NCBI RefSeq assembly: GCF_902652985.1 | Contig: NC_047024.1 | Span: forward strand, 12,400,001-12,464,000 | Origin: Pecten maximus | Lineage: Eukaryota | DNA length: 64,000 nucleotides | Reading direction: 5' to 3' | In this document: positions 13,626 to 27,750 of the stretch, piece by piece | Position numbering within the stretch: the stretch's first letter is position 1 | How the letters are laid out: each line of letters begins with the position of its first letter | The notes under the pieces: generated by a model | What the model was told of the DNA's origin: nothing | What the model saw: only the letters and a program-made list of their open reading frames with translations | The model's database searches: none | Translations under genes and position numbers: made by a program

Positions 13626-14607
13626 CGGATAATTTACATATACAACAGGATTATCTATAACATTCTGGAGAATTTCCTATTGAGTAGAATATACAGTACA
13701 AGTACTACTGTATATTTCGAAATCCTAATGTGTTATATTTTTCTGTTTAATATTTTGAATGTCATGTTGGAACAAACTGGTGATTTGTACCTCTGTATAA
13801 GGTCAGATTTTTAGTAGAATGTATGAAAAACATCTACAAACAAAAATCATCGTGTGGCAACCAAAATGCCTTTTTTTATTCTTGAAGATTTTCTTTTGAT
13901 AAAACTCTGTACAAGGATCTTTATTGATATGAGGGTCCAGAATATGGACGATGCCCAGTGTATTGGCATACAAATACCATTTTTTACAGACCCCTTACAT
14001 CATTTCTTTGACAAACAACTGACTTCAACATTTGAGACCTGGAATTGATGAATCCTTACTGAATCATTCAAGGTCCTTTTATAAGAAGAATCTTTCACCA
14101 TTGTTTGTTTGTAATTTTACATCAAACATGAAATTGATTTTCTTCAATTTTCTGATAGAAATTGGAAAAGTTTAATTCATTCAGTAAAACTCTAAAGCTT
14201 CGTGAAGACTACAATATTAATAGTGAAGTAGGAAATCCTCAGAACAATGGAGCAAGGTAAACAATTTGCCGTTAACGGGTGATGTCATTACGATAGTCGA
14301 CAGAGAAATAATTGACCTTTGAGTGTGATGTGCTTCTACAGATCCCTACACTAGAGTTTTAATTAGTATATTTGATCTGGAACTGATAATTACTCAGAAA
14401 CACAATATGCCAACAATGTTTTAGGAAGAGGAAAGATTTTTATATCTCATCAATCTACAAACACCTGCATTTGTGGAGGATGCAGATCAATGTGCTGACA
14501 ATCTTTGAAATAGAAGCCTTAAACTACAACTTAAAAACTGTCATAGAGTAAGATAAAACATTATTACAAACTAGAAACTGATTTAGGCAATAACTGACCA
14601 AAGACCA

Positions 14608-17172
14608 AACCTTGTCTGGTGTCTATGGAAACAATATAACCTTGTCTGTTGTCTATATGGTAACACTGTAACCTTGTCTGGTGTCTATGGTAACACTATA
14701 ACATTGTCTGTTGTCTATATGGTAACACTGACCTTGTCTGGTGTCTATGGTAACACTGACCTTGTCTGTTGTCTATATGGTAACACTGTAACCTTGTCTG
14801 GTGTCTATGGTAACACTGTAACATGGTCTGGTGTCTATGGTAACACTGACCTTGTCTGTTGTCTATATGGTAACACTGTAACCTTGTCTGGTGTCTATGG
14901 TAACACTATAACATTGTCTGTTGTCTATATGGTAACACTGACCTTGTCTGGTGTCTATGGTAACACTGACCTTGTCTGTTGTCTATATGGTAACACTGTA
15001 ACCTTGTCTGGTGTCTATGGTAACACTGTAACATGGTCTGGTGTCTATGGTAACACTGACCTTGTCTGGTGTCTATGGTAACACTGTAACATTGTCTGGT
15101 GTCTATGGTAACACTGTGACATTGTCTGGTGTCTATGGTAACACTGTGACATTGTCTGGTGTCTATGGTAACACTGTGACATGGTCTGGTGTCTATGGTA
15201 ACACTGTGACATTGTCTGGTGTCTATGGTAACACTGTAACCTTGTCTGGTGTCTATTGTAACACTGTAACATGGTCTGGTGTCTATGGTAACACTGTAAC
15301 ATGGTCTGGTGTCTATGGTAACACTGACCTTGTCTGTTGTCTATATGGTAACACTGTAACCTTGTCTGGTGTCTATGGTAACACTGTAACATTGTCTGGT
15401 GTCTATGGTAACACTGACCTTGTCTGGTGTCTATGGTAACACTGACCTTGTCTGGTGTCTATGGTAACACTGTAACATTGTCTGGTGTCTATGGAAACAC
15501 TGTAACCTTGTCTGTTGTCTATGGAAACACTGACCTTGTCTGGTGTCTATGGTAACACTAACCTTGTCTGGTGTCTATATGGTAACACTGTAACCTTGTC
15601 TGGTGTCTATGGTAACACTTTAACCTTGTCTGGTGTCTATGGTAACACTGACCTTGTCTGGTGTCTATGGTAACACTGTAACATTGTCTGGTGTCTATGG
15701 TAACACTGTAACATTGTCTGGTGTCTATGGTAACACTGACCTTGTCTGGTGTCTATGGTAACACTGACCTTGTCTGGGTGTCTATGGTAATACTGACATT
15801 GTCTGGTGTCTATGGTAACACTGTAACATTGTCTGGTGTCTATGGTTACACTGTAACATTGTCTGGTGTCTATGGTAACACTGACCTTGTATGGTGTCTA
15901 TGGTAACACTGACCTTGTCTGGGTGTCTATGGTAATACTGACATTGTCTGGTGTCTATGGTAACACTGTAACATTGTCTGGTGTCTATGGTTACACTGTA
16001 ACATTGTCTGGTGTCTATGGTAACACTGACCTTGTATGGTGTCTATGGTAACACTGTAACCTTGTCTGGTGTCTATGGTAACACTGACCTTGTATGGTGT
16101 CTATGGTAACACTGACCTTGTATGGTGTCTATGGTAACACTGACCTTGTCTGGTGTCTATGGTAACACTGACCTTGTATGGTGTCTATGGTAACACTGTA
16201 ACATTGTCTCGTGTCTATGGTAATACTGTAACATGGTCTGGTGTCTATGGTAACACTGACCTTGTATGGTGTCTATGGTAACACTGGCCTTGTATGGTGT
16301 CTATGGTAACACTGACCTTGTATGGTGTCTATGGTAACAATGACCTTGTATGGTGTCTATGGTAACACTGACCTTGTCTGGTGTCTATGGTAACACTGAC
16401 CTTGTATGGTGTCTATGGTAACACTGTAACATTGTCTGGTGTCTATGGTAACACTGTAACATTGTCTGGGTGTCTATGGTAACACTGACCTTGTCTGGTG
16501 TCTATGGTAACACTGTAACCTTGTCTGGTGTCTATGGTAGCACTGACCTTGTCTGGGTGTCTATGGTAACACTGACCTTGTCTGGGTGTCTATGGTAATA
16601 CTGACATTGTCTGGTGTCTATGGTAACACTGACCTTGTCTGGGTGTCTATGGTAACACTGACCTTGTCTGGGTGTCTATGGTAATACTGACATTGTCTTG
16701 TGTCTATGGTAACACTGTAACATTGTCTGGTGTCTATGGTAACACTGACCTTGTCTGGTGTCTATGGTAACACTGACCTTGTATGGTGTCTATGGTAACA
16801 ATGGCATTGTCTGGTGTCTATGGTAACACTGTAACCTTGTCTGGTGTCTATGGTAACACTGTAACATTGTCTGGTGTCTATGGTAACACTGATATTGTCT
16901 GGTGTCTATGGTAATACTGACATGGTCTGGTGTCTATGGTAACACTGTAACCTTGTCTGATGTCTATGGTAACACTGACATTGTCTGGTGTCTATGGTAA
17001 CACTGACTATGTCTGGTGTCTATGGTAACAATGACCTTGTCTGGGTGTCTATGGTAATACTGACATTGTCTGGTGTCTATGGTAATACTGACCTTGTCTG
17101 GGTGTCTATGGTAATACTGACATTGTCTGGTGTCTATGGTAACACTGACATTGTCTGATGTCTATGGTTACA
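14608..17172. repeat. 28-31-bp minisatellite/satellite array (~2.56 kb)
   Basis: Consensus CCTTGTCTGGTGTCTATGGTAACACTG(TA)A. The ORFs at 14674-17315 are read-through of this repeat. Confidence 0.97.
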
Positions 17173-18074
17173 AAATCATCCCTGCTAATCAACCTCATAT
17201 ATCAAATCCATATTTAAAGAATATTTATTACTCTATAATGAAGTCTGTAGACACATCTGATATAAATCAAAAGTTTTCAAGTAATATACACAAGACAGTT
17301 TGTTCATGTTTATAATGTGTATCATGCTAGATCATTTTTTATTGTAGTTTTGACAGAAACTTGAACGACACATTCCTTAAGATTTTCAATTTAAATTTTG
17401 CACAATTACATCTTTGATTGAATTTAGGTATCAAGTGAACCAATAAGAATTTATAAGACAGCTCTTAATTCAATTTGACAAGTAATATGCAAATTTTACC
17501 TGACCAATGAAATATCAGATTTCAAGAGGGGAACAGAATGTCATTTTAACACCCAAAATAGATAATTCTTTTGTTGAAATTAGTTCTCCATTCCTGCCTA
17601 ACTACGTGCCTCTCAGATGGCGTAACTCTAGCACGCCAATCTGACGAGAACTCCTTCCACTCACTCAGTCTCTGTATAAACATTTTCTCTGCAGGGTTCC
17701 GAATAAATCTTTTTTCAAGAAATCGTAATTCGCCAACATAACAATGACTTAATACCATGGTAATTCGGTCTGTGAATTTTTTAGTTCTCCTAGACGAGGT
17801 TTGAATTTCACCCCTCGGCTGGTCTGAATGCAAGGCGAATCATTGGATGACACTTTTAAATGTTATTTTGATCTGTCTGAAGTTCACAAACCACATGTAA
17901 GCAATCACTGAGGTACTTAACCCTTAATTGTGCAAATAACAACCCGCACATCTCTGTCTGTCGCCTACTGACATCCCAGCCTCTGTCTCACAACACTAGA
18001 AAACTGCTAGGTCCAAATATCTGGGGCGAGTATAATAGTGAGCCATCATTTATTGGGAAGGCATGCAAGTTAAA

Positions 18075-18335
18075 CACTACCTACCAAAATCAACGACAAT
18101 CACTACCTACCAAAATCAACGACAATCACTTCCTACTAAAATCAATGAAAACCACTTCCTACCAAAATCAAGGAAAACCACTGCTTACCAAAATCAACGA
18201 AAACCACTTCCTACCAAAGTCTATGACAACCACTGCCTACCAAGCTCAAAGACAAGTACCACCTACCAAGGTCAACGACAAGTACCGCCTACCAACATCA
18301 ATGACAAATGACTGCCTACCAAAATGAAGGACAAA
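18075..18335. repeat. 26-bp minisatellite (~10 copies)
   Basis: CACTACCTACCAAAATCAACGACAAT at 18075, 18101 and onward, progressively diverged. Confidence 0.9.
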
Positions 18336-19836
18336 GCACCTCTCTTTTTCCACAACCCCTGACTGTAACAACCCCAGGTAGCTTAACAATATATGTATTC
18401 ATACAACCAGCAACAATTACAGTCTTATATACAAAGAATACAATGTCCATCAAATTAACATGAATGGGAGCACCATGTTTTGATCTGAGGTACAGCAGTA
18501 CATGTGGATCCAGGTTGTGAAACTGCTCTACAGTGGCTTACATAATTCAATCAATTAGCAAACATCACAACATCTATTACCGCTGAATCAATCACACGAT
18601 AAATGCCAAATCCCAGACCATCATCCGATTTCAATTGCAAATCTGTGAAGACAGGAATATGTCTGACAGCCCTAATAGTGTCTGATGCTCTGATCAGTAC
18701 CAGGATTATTTAATCTCACACAGTTTGTCTTCTTTATTGTTTATACATCTTTTCATTGTACAAACAATCAGGCACATGTGACCTCCGTAATATTGGTAAA
18801 CAGTGTTGTTGGGGTAATATCTAAGCAGAAGTATTTATAAAAGTAAATATTGTCTTGCGAAAATCAGCTGATTCTGAACGTGACTGTTTAGTTAGGTTCC
18901 ACAGCAGGGCTCCGGAGCTTGTCACTGTATCTGGAAACACTGACAAAGAGATAGATGGAGCTTCCTAAGTTCCGCGACACTCTTGGCTCCAGGAAAATAA
19001 ACGGACCAAAACATGCCATGCTCCGGATTTCATTCTACAACACATCCTCACTTGATAATAGAACTACATGTATTTGTTTACTTATAGTTCAGATTCAACC
19101 TGACAAACATATTACTTATACAGCAGTGTTAAAATGTGTTGAAGATGTTACATATTTTTAATTTTATTTTTTTATTTTTGTCATGCAATAAAGACATTCA
19201 GAGAGTAGGTGACATCTTGTCTCGCGGCAGTTAGCACTACGGTGTGACAGGCGTCGCCAGAATCACAGGAGACATCAACAGTATGCATTCACATCGTGCT
19301 TTCCTGTACTACGAGATAAGGATCTTTACATCATCATGTTTTAACACAAAAAGAGATAAAATGAAATATTGATGAACAAAGTCTCTGTATAGCATGTTTT
19401 ATTCTGTTATAAAAACTTATATAGTAACAGATAACTGAAAGTCACTCAAGGTCAAATTCATACAGAAATAATGAATTCTCAAGTCACATCATTATCATTA
19501 TTTTTTTTAAATGTTGATTTTTTAAAAATAAATATATAAATACTTAACAAGTACCTGGAATATTTCTTTGAACCATTGCAAGCACACAAGAAGCAGATTG
19601 TTTCCTGCATAGATTGTACAGTCATGCTGTGTGGGTACCACAATACAAAATGAACACGAGACAGATAGTTATTCCTTCAGGCCGAATCAGGGTAAACATT
19701 CACTTCTCAGGAATCACTAAAATCACAAATCCATGTGATGTACATTCTCTTTGATGTGGTCAGTACATCATTTTAACATCCTTATATAATGATGACAATC
19801 CAGGAAAACAGCTCAGAGGTATACAGAGGGCCAATG

Positions 19837-20152
19837 TAGAGGGGTGGGGGCTGCTAGAGAGGGATGGGGGCTGCTAGAGGGGGGGGGGGGGCTGATAGAG
19901 AGGGGTGGGGGCTGCTAGAGAGGAATTGATGGCTGTTAGAGGGGTGGGGGCTGCTAGAGAGGGCTGGGGGCTACTAGAGGGGTGGGGGGCTGCTAAGGAG
20001 GGATGGGGGCTGCTAGAGAGGGATGGGGGCTGCTAGAGAGGAATGGAAGACTTCTAGAGGGGTGGGGGGTGGCTGCTAGAGAGGGATGGGGGGGCTGCTA
20101 GAGAGGGATATGGAAGGCTATTGGAAGGGATGGAGGTGGGGTGGGGAAGGGG
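19837..20152 (+). repeat. G-rich ~18-21-bp minisatellite (G-quadruplex potential)
   Basis: Repeats of TAGAG(A)GGG(G/A)TGGGGGCTGC with many G3-G5+ runs. Confidence 0.9.
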
Positions 20153-20469
20153 TATCACCGTATGATTGAAATCAATAAACATTATTTACAATTTATTCTA
20201 AAATCCTCTAATCAAGGCAAATGGAAAATCATAAAGAAGGATTAAGAATTTTATGAACTGTGGATATAAAAGGAGTTTTGTATCCATATCAGTATGGGTA
20301 GTACAATGGTGACATTTGATATCTCACCATACATAGTTTGCCTAAGGACATCGCTATCTTGTTTCATATTTTCCACATAAAGGTGACCCATAAAACTCCC
20401 AGTTCAGAAAAACTTTATATTTCGTTTTCCCTATAACCAGAATAGATCAGGAATGTGGAAAAACCTGTA

Positions 20470-20710
20470 CAGTGAAACCTGACTTTACCGACCGTTGACT
20501 TGAACAATTAACATCCTGTAATATTCCACCATATCCACCAGAACAGCTACATGTACTTGCCCCAATGTCATTTCTGACACTGATTTTACCAACATACTGT
20601 CTTCTCCGACACATTGACTCAGACCCATACAGTGTCGGTAAAGTCAGGTTTCACTGTATCCGACACATTGACTCAGACCCATACAGTGTCAGTAAAGTCA
20701 AGTTTCACTG
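20470..20710. mobile_element. Small Tc1/mariner MITE with a tandemly duplicated right end
   Basis: TA + CAGTGAAACCTGACTTTACCGAC at 20470. Exact inverted copy GTCGGTAAAGTCAGGTTTCACTG + TA ends 20656. A second right TIR ends 20710, from a 54-bp duplication (20605-20658, 20659-20712). Confidence 0.9.
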
Positions 20711-23700
20711 TACATATTTAGTAGCACTTTAATCAAAGTTATGATATAAAAATTTAATTTTATTGAAACAGGTAGGTTTTATCTAGCACTGTTTGTCGTA
20801 TTGGAACAACACACTGATGTACTTAGGAGGTGACTGTGTACATTTCAAAATACGACACCATTAAAATAGTTGTAATATTGTATAAAGAGGATGATTTTAT
20901 CGTTTGTGTGAGTTTTCCCCACGGGACATATGATCATCGCCAGGTGTATCACAGGTACATACACAACAACAAAACTGACATTTCTATCACCACACCAAAC
21001 ACAGTTATACTGCTGACCCCAATATCTAACACACCAAGATTTCAAAATTTTACTTTATAAAACATGTACCTGTAATTTGGTATGTCCATCATTTACTTCC
21101 CGTACTTCCTTACACATTAAGGTTATGAAGAAGACATTATCATTTATCTATAAAATTAGCCCTTACACATACATGTTATTCTCATTTGTTAGATCACTGC
21201 AATTCAATGGTACAATAGTATACCCCTGGAATAGGATATCAAGACTCAGGTCCAAGAATTGAAATTACTTCAGAGTCATTGTCCAGTCTTTGGATGCTAA
21301 TATCGAATGTCATGTCTTATTTCTTTGATTTTTAACCTCTGTACTTGCATATACAGTATATGAGATACAAAAAATTGTTTATGTCTTTATTCCAAACCAA
21401 TATAACCCATCCAAACTCTAGAATGACACGACTGTAGCATAAAATGTCGCTGTAAGGTCGATCTACACGCTTAGCCTTATTTAAAAGTACCCACAAAACA
21501 CCAATTAAAGTTGAACTTCAGTACAAATTCCTAAATGCTGTCCATCACAATAGGACCTGTCATAGATAGTCCAATTATTATACTAATTTTCTACACAAAA
21601 TGTTTAAACTGAAGTTATAGAAAGTGAAAATTGGGTAGTTGTGATCTGGTGTGTCCTTTAGACTATTAACATGTGATAAAAGCTGTGTACAGGTGAGTTA
21701 ATACCTGTCTATACTATTATACCTCATCAGTTCCAGGTAATTAGTTCTCAGTACCGTGAATATACACCTCATCACTGCTGTAGTATACCCTAACACTCAC
21801 CTTTATAACAACAGGTTAATAGTTGCTCTAGTCATTGTTGTACAAACTGTACCATTAATATCAAAACAACAAACCTAAAAAATTAACCTAAAAGCCAAAT
21901 CATCCCTTTATATTTATAATATCATTGTTATAGTTTATCAATTTGTACTTTTCTTCCTTTAAAACTCTTGAACTACAACCATCAATAAATGAACATCTCT
22001 GAAAGGGCATAAACTGCTCAAGGAATACAATTTATCATCAAGGTTTTTGTGTGTTAAGTGTCTTTTTGTCACGGTTAGTGGACCAACAAACTTGTTATAT
22101 CTGCTATAATTTATAGCATGTCTTCAGACAGGTATTCAGGAAAACCTTTTATTAATTTCTAATTTATGTTTATGAAAGTTTTTTGTATTTTCTGCATCAC
22201 TTGGGATGTATAACTAAATGTTAATTCAATTTTCTTCCAAGCCACATTTGTACAGTTTATGGCGGGGACCAGTATACCTATATAAAACCTTGCTACTCCC
22301 AGCTGTACTTCAGTAAGAAATGGATGTTTATCTTATTCAAATAGTGAAAAGCAATCCGTATCACACCAATGTTTGTTGAAATCCATACGAGAACACAATA
22401 ACAATGTTCCTACATCTGTTTTATAAAATGTAAAATAGATTTTAAGGTTTAGTTACAAGTTCATGAATCTACAAACATAAAATATGGCCTTTTGAAACAT
22501 TTCAACAAATTAAATGAAATTCCGGAAGATAACAGATTTTAAATTCAAATAAAGGTAGAATTTATTACCTGGCCTAACAAGAAATAAGATGTAAATTGTG
22601 ACTCGGAAACCTTTTCCATAAGTATTATCTTTCTCCTCCATAAACACCCTGCTGCTTCCTAAAGGGTGGCTGTGCAATTAGATATATGTTTTCTTTTTTT
22701 CCCACAAATATACTTAATGAGAATTTACATAAGGAATGTCAAAACAAATTGTATCATACTTACTGTTCCACCAATCTGAGACTGTTTAAGCATTTCTAAT
22801 TCGTTTACAGAGTTATAATTACATTTATACTGTTTATAGTCCAGAATAAATTAAATATTCTATCAAAGTTTTAAAAAGGAAGAATAAATGTTGATACATT
22901 TTCAATTTTTTTAGTTCATGTGAAATAAGGAGAGATATACTTTATTTATATAGCGTTCCTTAGCTAAGGTCCTATGAATTAATTTTAGTCGGGAGATGAT
23001 TCAAGTTGCCCTTTAACTTGAACTTCAGAATTTGTTAAGGTCTGGTAGGAGTCTATACGAGAATCTGGTATGAAACTACATGAGTGACTTATTATGAATC
23101 TTTTATTTCGATTTCTGCAGACAACTATTACACAATACATGTATTAGTTTTAATATATACAGCCTCAGTGCATATATACAGAAGCCAATACATGACCAGC
23201 TCTCAAACTGTCAGCTGAACAACAAACCACACCTTTAACTTGGAGGGAAGCACCAATACATGTACCAGGCATGAATATAAACTTGTTTTCTAATTAGAGT
23301 AACAACCACACTCATTGTGTATCTGTGGTGGACATTTTCACCTGTAGTATACCTGAGATTTTCACTCTTCACTTTCACCTGAGATGACCTATCTGGCCAT
23401 TATTTATATTAAAATCAATAACAGGCCCACAGGATACCTATCAATGCTAGTTATCAGGGCTTTCCACACATTGTAAACACAATCATAGGCCAGTTCACTG
23501 CCAAGTCATGTATGTTGTCCACACGGCCTGCCTCATTCTGACCGTCAGATTCGGTCAGTCTGGGACATTTCAGGTTGTGTGGTCATGAAAAGGCAAACCA
23601 AACTTGGACAATAGAGATTTAGGGTCAAACGCGTACTTCTCATCTTTTGGTCGACTGCTGTTGTAAGAGGAAGCAATAGGACCAGCCCTGAGAATCACCT

Positions 23701-24851
23701 AACTATAGATAAGTCCACGACTGTGTGGGGTGGATGCTATACAGGGGTCCTTCATTCTTCTCCTTGTCTGAACACAAATAAATACACAATTTACTTAGGT
23801 ATTCAGTCAATTCACCATTGCCAAAGCATTTCTGTAAAAAATTCACATCCAATTTCTTGCTTGTTTGCCTTTTTCAAGTGTTAGCAATAAGTCTGCAATA
23901 TGATCTCTAAACTTTTCTAATACAAGCAAGTCGCAAATGTGTCGTCAATGAAATAGTGTTGTCACCTCTGGCTAAATTCTATTACTGTTCTCAACAGGGA
24001 TTTTGTCATAGAAAGATTTATCCCCTTCCATTTGAGCATATTACAGGGCCAATTCCCCGCTCATTAGACCCCATACATTGACAGATGTGATTTCAAAGAC
24101 AAATTCTTTACAGATAATTTTTTCAAGGGACGAATCTTGTGAAATTTCAAATTGTGTCTTATATACGTTTAATATGCTTGATCGACACTGATTTCTGTCG
24201 CTTCTATAGGAAGGGCAGTGATCAGTCTGCTATCTCTGTACCTTACTGTATATTGTAACAAGTCTGGGTTCACAGGAGGCCGCCATACACACAACCTTAT
24301 AGGTCCAATTCCAAATTATTCTGCCGCTAAATCTTTTCAGATCCATTTTTCTACTCTTTATAACCTTCAGTTTTGATGTATACTTGTCAGCCAATCAGAC
24401 AGTAATTCCCCAGACACATTCAAATTACAGGTCTAACTCAGAACTTTATCTGACAATATCATGTTTTAAGCTATGTTTTTATGCAATAAACTTTAACCCT
24501 TATAGTTTATAGAATTCCTTCAGAAAAAACAATTGAATCAATTCAATTATTTTTTACTGTATGTGGCTGTTTCATTTGTATGGACCTTTTTGAATTGGTA
24601 GAAACTGGCCATGTAGCAGAAAACAGACAAATGACACACACTCAAAGATAAGTTCAAATATAATCAAATCACAAGTGATTTAATGAATAAACCCAATGAA
24701 CATTTAACCATCTGAAGTGCTATTATCCAAAAATATTCCAACAAAATGTGTCGTTAGAATTTGGGATGTTGAGGTGTATGCAGGTATATATGTAACTGGT
24801 AGGCCCACACAGATAGGTATAACACTCCAATGTGTCAGATGACAAGTGGTC

Positions 24852-24914
24852 TACAACCAGACCGTTACCCAGGGCATGCATGTACAACCAGACCGTTACC
24901 CAGGGCATGCATGT
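24852..24914. repeat. 31-bp tandem duplication
   Basis: TACAACCAGACCGTTACCCAGGGCATGCATG twice. Confidence 0.9.
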
Positions 24915-25913
24915 CGTTGCATCCTGATTTGACATTCCCGTATCCATCTTGCATTACTAAGTGATAAAGGGCTATTGAGAACAATTTCCTGTCGGGTCGT
25001 AAGTTGTTAAAGGTGACGGCAATTCGCAGATAATTTGTGCCTTACAATCTCAGTGTATTTATAAATCACTATCGGGAGGACTTAATTGTCAAATGAAAAT
25101 TCACTTCATCTTCAAAATTAATTCAAATGAATAAATTTGCATAATGTCCTTATTTAACCTTGATTTGGGCCGAGACCCCCTGTTGACCTGAAAACGTAGG
25201 TGCACGTTTAAGTTCACTAAATCAAACAAGCCTTTGTATTGGCTACTTTAAACCATGGGCTGATGATATGCAACAGTTATGGTACTTTTGCAGGTGAATC
25301 CTGAGGTTTACAACAGTTATCATACGGTGACAATTTTCAGAGTACCAGATATCCTAACTTATGAATAGCATGAGAAAGGATATTTAAATAATGTTGAAAT
25401 TAATAAAACAAAGTATATTAATGTATCAATTTTAATAAAACGATATTTAATCAATAAAATTTGAAGAACCGATGTAACATTTTGGAAGGATACAATCAAA
25501 CCTGTGTAAATGTGAGCCTGTATACCACTGCTATACTCACAGGTATATAAATGTCTGATGCAGGAGGTAATTGATTGATAGAAAGGTATGCACATTTTAA
25601 TGAGAACTTCACTCTATATTCATAAGACTTGAGATGCAATCAACACACACAGAGGAAAATTATATTCAAAGAACCTTTCCTCTGCAAATGGACTTAATTA
25701 ACTTTCTGACATTTGATAAACACAGGAGTCCAATGTGAAGTGGTTACCTAAAATATCTTTTACCGCAAAAATGTCCGTTAGTCAACCGTCACACGCACCC
25801 CTATCACATTATTCCTTCTCTCGCTGCAGTTTGGTTTCAGTAACAAAATATTTTTTGTCAAATTTGCATGCTTATGAGCACAAAATCTGCTACACCTGTC
25901 TGTGAATGAAAAA

Positions 25914-26270
25914 TTTGTTTTACTTTGAGACTTTAATTTGACACAATTATAATAATTTGTTACTTTGACACAATTATACTACTTTGTTACTTTGACAATT
26001 ATACTACTTTGTTACTTTGACACAATTATACTACTTTGTTACATTGACACAATGATACTAATTTGTTACTTTGACACAATTATACTTCTTCGTTAATTTG
26101 ATACAATTATACTAATTTGTTACTTTGACAATTATACTACTTTGTTACTTTGACACAATTATACTTCTTCGTTAATTTGATACAATTATACTAATTTGTT
26201 ACTTTTACACAACTGTATTTCTTATCACACAATTATTATACTTTGTTACATTGACACAATCATACTTTAT
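25914..26270. repeat. AT-rich ~25-30-bp minisatellite
   Basis: TTTGTTACTTTGAC(AC)AATTATACTA repeated about 12 times. Confidence 0.9.
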
Positions 26271-26870
26271 ATTATCACACATTTTTCCATTCCCACTATC
26301 ATAACTACTGGTTCTTCCTTGACATAATTTGTTACTTATTTTTTTTAATTTTTCTATCCAAAAATTGTGTTTCCTTAATGTTATCTATTCATTAACGTTT
26401 TGAATGAACACAGTCATGGTGTCCATCCTTAAATCTTTTAAACTTATAAATATAACACTGAATGTCCTTAATGACCTTGTTACAGCTGTCAATCTTTCTC
26501 ACAAAACAGTTTCAGCAGTAATGAGGAAATGTAGACAATTTATCTATACACAAGCTGATGTATATAACAGTCAGGGGGGAAAAAAGCAAGAAATTCCTTA
26601 GGAAAATGGATTTGGTTGAGGCGACAATGGAGTCGGTTGATGTGGACGGAGTGACCCGCCCCTTCTGTTGTACATTGTATGCCATATACAACAACACAAT
26701 TGAAGCGATGTGATTGGTGCATCCTCAGTCATAGTTCACTCGGACAACACTCTCAATAGGGTTTTGTGCGAGACACTACAGGAATAATGGCAGCGATACC
26801 CGACATGCCAGCTGACAACTGTTGTAAACTCCCTCCCTGATAGTTGTCCAGGTGGTGAAGCGACACCTTT

Positions 26871-27101
26871 TGTCACACCTGTAGGATTATGAGGACACCT
26901 TTCCTTATACTGTTACCTACCTCACCTGTACACTGAAGGAAGGAGTTGAAGAAAAAGGGGAAAAAACACATATCTGCCAAGTGCCCCGATAGGAATCGAA
27001 CTTGGGTCTCCAGAATGAACCAACAGACCCAAAGAGGCTGGCTCCATTAATAAAGTGACAGAAATGGTACAGGCCACACTGACCTGTTCTTTAGTATCAC
27101 A
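26871..27101 (-). mobile_element. Probable solo LTR containing a tRNA-like Pol III core (Ajax-type non-autonomous LTR element)
   Basis: Minus strand begins TGTGATAC and ends GGTGTGACA (TG...CA, gypsy-like ends). Internal GCCTCTTTGGGTCTGTTGGT...GGAGACCCAAGTTCGATTCCTATCGGGGCA carries B-box GTTCGATTC. Flanks CTTT/CTAT are a possible degenerate 4-bp TSD. Confidence 0.55.
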
Positions 27102-27616
27102 CTATTTTTCAAAACAATTTAAGTCTACTTCCTCTTTTTTAATGTGGTGGTGTCATAATAGCAGGTAACATGGGTAAGAAAATATAAATGTTATTTTCCA
27201 TTCTCAACTGGTTCAGAAAATATACAATGTATTCTCCGACTCTTATCAAAGTAGGTCACTGGCTCAAAAAATATAAAATGTTATCCTTATTCTCTAATGG
27301 CTCAGAAAATATAAAATGTTATTCTTTGACTCTTATAATGGCAGGTGAGTAAGACAGAAGTATGAGAAGTTAGAAAGGAAGTGATGTCAGCACTAGTAGA
27401 AATACTGGATTAGAAAACCACACATGGATTATGGGGTTCCACTGTGATGACAGAATATGTCAGGTGGTGGGGATAAGCAGTACCTTTTCAGTGCTTTATG
27501 TGACATCGGAAGTCTTATCTTGGTGGACAAGACAAGACACGACTGAGAGACTTTGTACCAGATTACCAATCCTATTATGTCATACAACACATTCCTCCAG
27601 ATTAATATCATAAATG

Positions 27617-27750
27617 GATTTAATCCTTAAAGACTTTTATAATAAATATATTAAGGACAGTCTGATCTACGAGTAGAATAGTAGATTTAATCCTTAAAAG
27701 ACTTTTATAATAAATATATTAAGGACAGTCTGATCTATGAGTTGAATAGT
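27617..27750. repeat. 67-bp tandem duplication
   Basis: GATTTAATCCTTAAAGACTTTTATAATAAATATATTAAGGACAGTCTGATCTA.GAGT.GAATAGT at 27617 and 27684. Confidence 0.9.

Noticed and set aside
26960-27045. Functional tRNA gene
   Set aside because: B-box present, but the D/anticodon region is deleted and no cloverleaf can be formed; treated as part of a mobile element.
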